This document shows, piece after piece, positions 50,581 to 56,403 of a stretch of 56,403 bases of DNA. The stretch is from Candidatus Binatia bacterium (GTDB taxonomy: Bacteria; Pseudomonadota; Gammaproteobacteria; Nevskiales; Nevskiaceae), in assembly GCA_035526525.1 (NCBI GenBank), contig DATLCG010000142.1:1-56403 (forward strand), written 5' to 3'. Each line of letters opens with the position of its first letter. Within the stretch, counting starts at the first letter, position 1. Position numbers and translations under genes: made by a program. A model generated the notes under the pieces. It made no database searches. It saw nothing but the letters and a program-made list of their open reading frames with translations, and was not told the origin of the DNA.

Positions 50581-51024
50581 CTACTGCCGGATGTCCGGCT
50601 CCACCAGCCGCGCCAGCAGCGCCAGCGAATCCTGCCAGCCGAGGTAGCACATCTCCGGCGGGATGGCGTCGGGGATGCCTTCCTGCACCACGCCCAGCTC
50701 GGTGCCGCAGGAGACCTTCTTCAGCGTGATCGTGGTCTGCATCTGGCCGGGAAGATTCGGATCGTCGAACTGGTCGGTGTAGCGGATGCGCTCACCGGGG
50801 ACGAGCTCGACGTAGCGGCCACCGAAGCTGTGCGACTGCCCGTTGGTGAAGTTCGTGAACGACATGCGGTAGCCGCCGCCGACCTTGGCGTCCAGCTCGT
50901 GCACGGTGCAGGTGTAGCCGTCGGGCGGCAGCCACTTGCAGAGCGCGGCGGGCGTCAGGAAGGCGCGATACAGCTTGTCGGGCGCGGTGCGGATGACGCG
51001 GTGCAGGCGGATCGTGTTGGGCAT
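50581..51024 (-). CDS. SRPBCC family protein (AHSA1/START-like)
   Basis: 147 aa. MPNTIRLHRVIRTAPDKLYRAFLTPAALCKWLPP...GGGYRMSF.... Confidence 0.85.
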   Translation of the reverse strand: MPNTIRLHRVIRTAPDKLYRAFLTPAALCKWLPPDGYTCTVHELDAKVGGGYRMSFTNFTNGQSHSFGGRYVELVPGERIRYTDQFDDPNLPGQMQTTITLKKVSCGTELGVVQEGIPDAIPPEMCYLGWQDSLALLARLVEPDIRQ

Positions 51025-51055
51025 GGGTTCTCCGGGGGGTGGCGTTCCGACGGGC

Positions 51056-51880
51056 TCAGCGCGCGTGCTGGCCGCGCAATGACGCCAGCACCGGTGCGGT
51101 CTGCGGTCGCCGGCCGTACCAGAGCTGCGCCATCTCGGCGGCCTGCTCGACCAGCATGCCGAGTCCGTCCGCGACGACGGCCGCGTCCTGCGACTGGGCC
51201 CATGCGCGGAAGGGCGCGTGCGCCTGGCCGTAGTTCAGGTCGTAGCACGCACCGCCCGGCGCGAGCACGCCGGCGGCGATGCGCGGCATGCGGTCCTGCT
51301 GCCCGGCCGACGTTGCGTTGAGCACCAGGTCGAACTGGAAGCCCTTGAGAGCGATGTGGGTGCTCGCGCGCACCGGGCCGTGTCCCTTGAACTCGGCGAC
51401 CAGCTGCTCGACGTTCCAGGGGGTACGGCTGGACACGACCAGCTGCTGCGGCTTTTCGTCCAGCAGAGGCTTGAGCACGCCGCGTGCCGCGCCGCCGGCG
51501 CCGAGCAGCAGCACGCGCTTGCCGGCGATGCCCAGCTTCAAATGGTCCTTCAGGTCGCGGACCAGGCCCGCACCGTCGGTGTTGTCGGCGCGCCAGCCGG
51601 CGTCGCGGCGGATCAGCGCATTGGTGGCACCGGCGATGCGCGCCGGGTCGGCGACTTCCACCGCGAGCGCCACCGCCGCGACCTTGTGCGGCAAGGTGAG
51701 CGCGAGCCCGGTGTAACCCTCGGCGTGCATGCGCGCCAGCGTGTCCTTCAGCTGCCCGGGCGCGACCTCGAGCTTCTCGTAGGAGATGTGCTGGCCGAGC
51801 TGCTGCGCGAACGCTTCCTGGATCTGCGGCGAGAGGCTGTGGGCGATGGGCTGGCCGAGGACTGCGAATCTCAGAGCCAC
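51056..51880 (-). CDS. aroE: shikimate dehydrogenase
   Basis: (V)ALRFAVLGQPIAHSLSPQIQ..., ...LTLPHK..., ...NTDGAGLVRDL..., ...LLLGAGGAARGV.... GTG at 51880 gives a 10-nt overlap with the hemB 3' end. Confidence 0.92.
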   Translation of the reverse strand: MALRFAVLGQPIAHSLSPQIQEAFAQQLGQHISYEKLEVAPGQLKDTLARMHAEGYTGLALTLPHKVAAVALAVEVADPARIAGATNALIRRDAGWRADNTDGAGLVRDLKDHLKLGIAGKRVLLLGAGGAARGVLKPLLDEKPQQLVVSSRTPWNVEQLVAEFKGHGPVRASTHIALKGFQFDLVLNATSAGQQDRMPRIAAGVLAPGGACYDLNYGQAHAPFRAWAQSQDAAVVADGLGMLVEQAAEMAQLWYGRRPQTAPVLASLRGQHAR

Positions 51881-52857
51881 TGCGCCGCCTGCTTCGCGAA
51901 GTAGGTGAGGATCGCGTCCGCGCCCGCGCGGCGCAGGCACAGCAGGCTCTCCAGCACCGCGGTGCGCTCGTCGAGCCAGCCGCGCTCGGCGCTGGCCTTG
52001 ATCATCGAGTATTCGCCGCTGACCTGGTAGGCGACGGTCGGCACGCCGAAGCGGTCCTTCACGCGGCGGATGACGTCGAGGTAGGGCATCCCCGGCTTGA
52101 CCATGACGAGGTCGGCGCCCTCGGCCAGGTCGAGCGCGACCTCGCGGAGTGCCTCGTCGGTGTTCGCGGGATCCATCTGGTAGTTGCGCTTGTCGCCCTT
52201 GAGCTGCGAGGCCGAGCCCACCGCGTCGCGGAACGGACCGTAGAAGCCGCTGGCGTATTTGGCGGCGTAGCTGAGCAGCAGCACGTTCTTCTGGCCGTCA
52301 CGCTCCAGTGTCTGGCGGATCGCGCCGATGCGGCCGTCCATCATGTCGCTCGGCGCGAGCACGTCGGCGCCGGCCCTGGCGTAGACCAGCGCCTGCCGCG
52401 TGAGGATCTCGACCGTCGCGTCGTTGTCCACGTTGCCGTGCGCGTCGAGCAGGCCGTCGTGCCCGTGGCTGGTGTACGGATCGAGCGCGATGTCCACGAT
52501 CACGCCGAGTTCGGGCGCGGCCGCCTTGGCGGCGGCGATGGCGCGCGGCACCAGCCCGTCCTCGTCGAGCGCCTCGCGGCCGGTCTCGTCCTTCCTCGAC
52601 GCGGGAATCACCGGGAACAGCGCGACCGCGGCGATGCCGAGCCTGCGCAGCGCTTTCAGCTCGGGACCGAGCTGCTTCAGCGTCAGCCGCGAGACGCCGG
52701 GCATGGACTTCACCGGGCCGGCCAGGCCGCCTTCGGCGACGAACAGCGGCTGGATCAGCTGCGCCGGATCGAGGCGCGTCTCCCGCACCAGCCGCCGGAT
52801 CCAGTCGGACTGGCGCGTGCGGCGCAGGCGCGTGGCAGGGAAGCGGCCCGGGGTCAT
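51871..52857 (-). CDS. hemB: porphobilinogen synthase (delta-aminolevulinate dehydratase)
   Basis: 328 aa. ...RLRRTRQSDWIRRLVRE...DIALDPYTSHGHDG...APSDMMDGR...VMVKPGMPYLD...AYQVSGEY.... Asp-rich (DIALDPYT) metal-site region rather than a Cys-rich one. Confidence 0.96.
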   Translation of the reverse strand: MTPGRFPATRLRRTRQSDWIRRLVRETRLDPAQLIQPLFVAEGGLAGPVKSMPGVSRLTLKQLGPELKALRRLGIAAVALFPVIPASRKDETGREALDEDGLVPRAIAAAKAAAPELGVIVDIALDPYTSHGHDGLLDAHGNVDNDATVEILTRQALVYARAGADVLAPSDMMDGRIGAIRQTLERDGQKNVLLLSYAAKYASGFYGPFRDAVGSASQLKGDKRNYQMDPANTDEALREVALDLAEGADLVMVKPGMPYLDVIRRVKDRFGVPTVAYQVSGEYSMIKASAERGWLDERTAVLESLLCLRRAGADAILTYFAKQAAQWL

Positions 52858-52899
52858 GGCGGTTTCGTATCGGCGGCGAGCGCGGGATTATACGGAGCC

Positions 52900-53715
52900 A
52901 TGACCCTGACCCTGGACTGGAGCGCGCAGGCCGGCGCCCTGCGCGCCGGCATCTTCGCCGGCGTGCTGGTCCTGCTGCTCGCGGCCGAGGCGCGCTGGCC
53001 GCGCCGCGCCGGCGCCATGCGCCGCGGCCTGCGCTGGGGCGCGAACCTGCCGCTGGTGGTGCTGGATGCGCTGGCGACGCGGCTGCTGGTGCCGCTCGGC
53101 GCAGTGGGCGTGGCCGCCTGGGCGCAGGCGCGGGGCATCGGCCTGCTGCCGGCGCTGCATGCCGCGCCACTCGCCGCAGGCGCGATCGCCTTCGTGGCGC
53201 TGGATGGCGTCATCTACTGGCAGCACCGGCTGTTTCATGGCGTACCGGTGCTGTGGCGGCTGCACCGCGTGCATCACAGCGACGTCGAGTTCGATGCGAC
53301 CACGGCCCTGCGCTTCCACCCGGGCGAGATCGTGCTGTCCATGGGGGTGAAGATGCTCGCCGTCGCCGCGCTGGGCGCGCCGGTGGCGGCGGTGATCGCG
53401 TTCGAGGTCGCGCTCAACGCCAGCGCGATGTTCAACCACGCCAATGTGCGCCTGCCCCCCGCGCTCGACGCCGCGCTGAGGCGGGTCGTGGTGACGCCGG
53501 ACATGCACCGCGTGCACCACTCGGTCCTGCGAGCCGAGCACGACCGCAACTACGGCTTCAACCTGGCGTGGTGGGATCGGCTGTTCGGCACCTACACGGC
53601 GCAGCCGCGCGATGCGCACGCGGTCATGCCCATCGGGCTGGACCATCACCGCGCCGACCCGGAGCAGCGGCTGTGGGCGCTGCTGCGGCAGCCGCTGGAC
53701 CCGCAGGACCGCTGA
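52900..53715 (+). CDS. fatty acid hydroxylase / sterol desaturase family protein
   Basis: 271 aa from the ATG at 52900. Membrane protein with His boxes WQHRLFH, HRVHH and HRVHH. Confidence 0.85.
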   Translation: MTLTLDWSAQAGALRAGIFAGVLVLLLAAEARWPRRAGAMRRGLRWGANLPLVVLDALATRLLVPLGAVGVAAWAQARGIGLLPALHAAPLAAGAIAFVALDGVIYWQHRLFHGVPVLWRLHRVHHSDVEFDATTALRFHPGEIVLSMGVKMLAVAALGAPVAAVIAFEVALNASAMFNHANVRLPPALDAALRRVVVTPDMHRVHHSVLRAEHDRNYGFNLAWWDRLFGTYTAQPRDAHAVMPIGLDHHRADPEQRLWALLRQPLDPQDR

Positions 53716-53719
53716 CACG

Positions 53720-54631
53720 CTACTTCAGGTCGTTCAGCGCCCAGTCGTAGCGGTCGTCGTCGATCCGGGTGATGCGTTGCAGCTGCGCCGCAAGCTTCGG
53801 CGCGGCGTACTGCTTCAGGTGCGCGATCACGCCGGCATCGTCGCCGCCGAAATCGTCCTCGAACCACTCGTACAGGCTCGACACCACCAGCCGGCCGTCC
53901 ACCACCTGCGCACCGCGAGGATGGTTGACGTAGGCGCGCGCACCGGCCTCCAGCAGCGTTTCGGTGTTGGCCGCGGTGTAGGCCCGGGTCGCGAGGTTCG
54001 GGCAGCCGAGCGAGGCGCAGTTCACCGCGTAGTGCGTGCGCGGGTCTTTCCACAGCGGTCGCAGGATGCGGTGCTCGATGTCGTCGAGCGTCACCGTCTC
54101 GCCTTCCACCTGCAGCAGCGGCGCGCCCCATGGGCCGCGCGCGAACAGGCCGGGCGAAATGCCGATCTTCAGGATGCTCTCGACCGGGTAGTGCGCGAGC
54201 ACGGTCTTCAGAGTGGCCGCGTTGTACAGGTTGATCCAGAACGCGCGCTGCTCGGCCCGGGGATGGCGCGAGATCGCCACCGTCTGCAGCCGCCGCACGT
54301 ACGCTTCGAGCGCCTGCCGGTCCGCATTGCCGATGCGCCCGTAGGGGACGCGGTGGATCCCGTCGGGCGAGCTGCGCACGTACTTGCGCACGAACGCGTC
54401 CCAGGCCGCGTGGTCCACCGGCGCGCTCTCGGTGCCTTGCGCAGCCCAGCGCTCCCAGAGCTTCGCTTTCGGCGCCGCGACCGCGGGCGCGGCGACGACG
54501 AGGGCGAGCAGCGCGGCGCCGAGCGCGCGCCGCTCAGGGTGCGGCTGCGGGCGCGCGCTGCGACAGCCAGGCGACGAGGTCGTGCAGCACCTGGTCGCGG
54601 CAGTGCTCGTTGAACAGCTCGTGGCGCGCAT
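53720..54631 (-). CDS. DUF547 domain-containing protein (start uncertain)
   Basis: ...RAFWINLYNAATLK...HYAVNCASLGCP... is the DUF547 core. Hydrophobic signal ERRALGAALLALVVAAPAVAAP. The only canonical in-frame start is the ATG at 54631, which overlaps the upstream hydrolase gene by 98 nt. Confidence 0.75.
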   Translation of the reverse strand: MRATSCSTSTAATRCCTTSSPGCRSARPQPHPERRALGAALLALVVAAPAVAAPKAKLWERWAAQGTESAPVDHAAWDAFVRKYVRSSPDGIHRVPYGRIGNADRQALEAYVRRLQTVAISRHPRAEQRAFWINLYNAATLKTVLAHYPVESILKIGISPGLFARGPWGAPLLQVEGETVTLDDIEHRILRPLWKDPRTHYAVNCASLGCPNLATRAYTAANTETLLEAGARAYVNHPRGAQVVDGRLVVSSLYEWFEDDFGGDDAGVIAHLKQYAAPKLAAQLQRITRIDDDRYDWALNDLK

Positions 54632-55475
54632 CGGGATAGATCTTAACGCTGACGTCGCCCAGTCCCGCGGCTCGGTACTTGCGCTCGAGCGCGCGCGGTC
54701 CCTGCTCGCCGCCGGTGGCCGCGTCGTCGGCGCCGTTGATCAGCAGCACCGGCAAGGTGCGCGGCAAACGCCGCAGGCGCGGTGTCGCGGTGAGCTTGCG
54801 GGCGGCCTCGATGAAATCCAGCCACAGCCCGGTGCTGCAGGAAAAGCCGCAGTACGGGTCGGCGACGTAGCGGTCCACCTCGGCGGCGTCGCGCGACAGC
54901 CATTCGAAGCCGGTGCGCTGCGGACGGAACTTGCGGTTGAAGGCCTTGAACGACAGGCTCGCGCCGACCCGGCTCGGCGCCCTGCGGCCGTAGAGCAGCG
55001 CCTCGCCGTGCAGCAGCGTGCGCGCCACCGGCAGCAGCGCGCCGAAGTCGCCGGAGGTCGCCGACAGCGCGACGCCCGACAGCGTCGCGCCGAAATCGGC
55101 GGCGTAGTGCTGCACCAGGTAGGAACCGAGGCTGTGACCGAGCAGGAACACCGGGCGGCCGGGCTGTTCCTTCTGCGCCAGCTTCTGCACCTCGCGGATC
55201 GAGGCGCAGGCCAGCCGCCAGCCGCGATGGTCGGCGAAATGCCCGCGCTGCGCCGCCGGCGTGTCGGGACCGTGGCCCGGCAGGTCGTGCGCGTACACGG
55301 CGAAGCCTGCGCGCGTCAGCGCTTCCGCGGGCCGCGCGTAGCGCGCGCTGTGCTCGGCCATGCCGTGCACGATCTGCACGATTCCGCGGGTTCCGGGAGC
55401 GCCGCCGTCCGGCCGCCAGCGCCGCACCCGCGTCGTGCGGCCCGCGTGACGATGCTGGAAGTCGCTCGCTTCCAC
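54534..55475 (-). CDS. alpha/beta hydrolase (lysophospholipase / monoacylglycerol lipase-like)
   Basis: GTG at 55475. ...IVQIVHGMAEHSARY..., nucleophile elbow LLGHSLGS, C-terminal ...YPDARHEL.... 313 aa. Confidence 0.85.
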   Translation of the reverse strand: MEASDFQHRHAGRTTRVRRWRPDGGAPGTRGIVQIVHGMAEHSARYARPAEALTRAGFAVYAHDLPGHGPDTPAAQRGHFADHRGWRLACASIREVQKLAQKEQPGRPVFLLGHSLGSYLVQHYAADFGATLSGVALSATSGDFGALLPVARTLLHGEALLYGRRAPSRVGASLSFKAFNRKFRPQRTGFEWLSRDAAEVDRYVADPYCGFSCSTGLWLDFIEAARKLTATPRLRRLPRTLPVLLINGADDAATGGEQGPRALERKYRAAGLGDVSVKIYPDARHELFNEHCRDQVLHDLVAWLSQRAPAAAP

Positions 55476-55525
55476 GTGCGGTAGGCTCTGCGTCCCTTTG
55501 CGCCGGAACCTAGCACAGGCCCGCC

Positions 55526-56403
55526 ATGACCGCGCTGCTCGCCATCGACCAGGGGACCACCAGCACCCGCGCCATCGTGTTCGACGCGCGCGGCACCAAG
55601 CGCGGCGTGGCGCAGAGGGAATTGCCGCAGTCCTATCCGCGCGCACCGGCCGGTGCCGCCGGCGGCGCGGCGCAGGTGCGGGTGGAGCACGACGCGCGCC
55701 GCATCTGGAGCGACACGGTCGCGGTGGTGAAGGGCGCGCTGAAGCAGTCGCGCACCTCCGCGGCAAAGGTCGCGGCGATCGGCATCACCAACCAGCGCGA
55801 GACCACCATCGTCTGGGAGCGGGCCACCGGCAAGCCGATCCATCCCGCGATCGTCTGGCAGGACCGCCGCACGGCGGATTTCTGCGCCAGCCACGCCAGC
55901 GCCGCCGTCGAGGAGATGATCGGCGCGCGCACCGGGCTGCTGCTCGACCCGTATTTCTCCGCGACCAAGATCCGCTGGCTGCTGGACCACGTGCGCGGTG
56001 CGCGCGAGCGCGCGGAGCGCGGCGAACTCGCGTTCGGCACGGTGGACAGCTGGCTGCTGTGGAACCTCACCGGCGGCAAGGTGCACGCGACCGACGCCAG
56101 CAACGCGGCGCGCACGATGCTGTACGACATCCGCGCGCAGCGCTGGGACGACGAGCTGCTGCGCCTGTTCGGCGTGCCGCGCGCGATGCTGCCGCAGGTG
56201 ATGGACTGCGCGGCGGAATTCGGCGTCACCGACCGGAAACTGTTCGGCGCGGAGATTCCGATCCGCGGCATGGCCGGCGACCAGCAGGCGGCGACGTTCG
56301 GCCAGGCCTGCTTCGCGCCCGGCATGATCAAGAGCACCTACGGCACCGGCTGCTTCGTGGTGCTGAACACCGGCGAGCAGTTCGTGCGCTCGAAACACCG
56401 CCT
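55526..56403 (+). CDS. glpK: glycerol kinase; 3' end off-window
   Basis: Absent from the ORF track because it runs off the window. [20 protein letters not shown]..., ...[15 protein letters not shown]..., ...[16 protein letters not shown]..., ...[13 protein letters not shown]..., ...[11 protein letters not shown].... Confidence 0.95.
   Translation, partial: MTALLAIDQGTTSTRAIVFDARGTKRGVAQRELPQSYPRAPAGAAGGAAQVRVEHDARRIWSDTVAVVKGALKQSRTSAAKVAAIGITNQRETTIVWERATGKPIHPAIVWQDRRTADFCASHASAAVEEMIGARTGLLLDPYFSATKIRWLLDHVRGARERAERGELAFGTVDSWLLWNLTGGKVHATDASNAARTMLYDIRAQRWDDELLRLFGVPRAMLPQVMDCAAEFGVTDRKLFGAEIPIRGMAGDQQAATFGQACFAPGMIKSTYGTGCFVVLNTGEQFVRSKHR

Overview
High-GC (roughly 70% by eye) proteobacterial chromosome window built around the replication-origin gene block yidC-yidD-rnpA-rpmH (minus) / dnaA-dnaN-recF-gyrB (plus). 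The gene order looks gammaproteobacterial (Xanthomonadales/Nevskiales-like), but that taxon is only a guess. The window is almost fully coding: I support 64 CDS, two of them cut by the window edges. I saw no tRNA, rRNA, CRISPR array, transposase or integrase. Most genes are housekeeping: uvrD, argS, purEK, mutM, dtd, hisBHAFE, tatABC, aroE, hemB, glpK. There are also transport modules: an RND pump with its adaptor, an ABC/GldG/DUF4340 system and an MFS transporter. A small arsenic-type module (ArsN2-ArsC-MIP channel) is translationally coupled to arfB. The main accessory element is a compact 7.9 kb natural-product cluster at 7301-15211, directly downstream of yidC where mnmE usually sits. It consists of two convergent, translationally coupled operons. 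One encodes an ABC-2 exporter, an ACP, a FabF-type ketosynthase and a cysteine-less KS-like partner. The other encodes DarA-like and DarB-like (dialkylresorcinol-type) enzymes, a 133-aa unknown protein and a BtrH_N/DUF4872-like protein. Smaller observations: a candidate oriC in the dnaA-dnaN spacer; a mutM that can only start at CTG; convergent genes sharing a CTAG stop; a self-complementary 16-bp palindrome present twice in recF; intercistronic hairpins (dnaN-recF, tatA-tatB); and 18 four-nucleotide start/stop overlaps. Many long ORFs in the supplied track are antisense or out-of-frame artefacts typical of high-GC DNA and were rejected. All calls rest on reading the translations by eye (motifs, family recall, synteny). 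No database search was run, and start codons may be off by a few codons.
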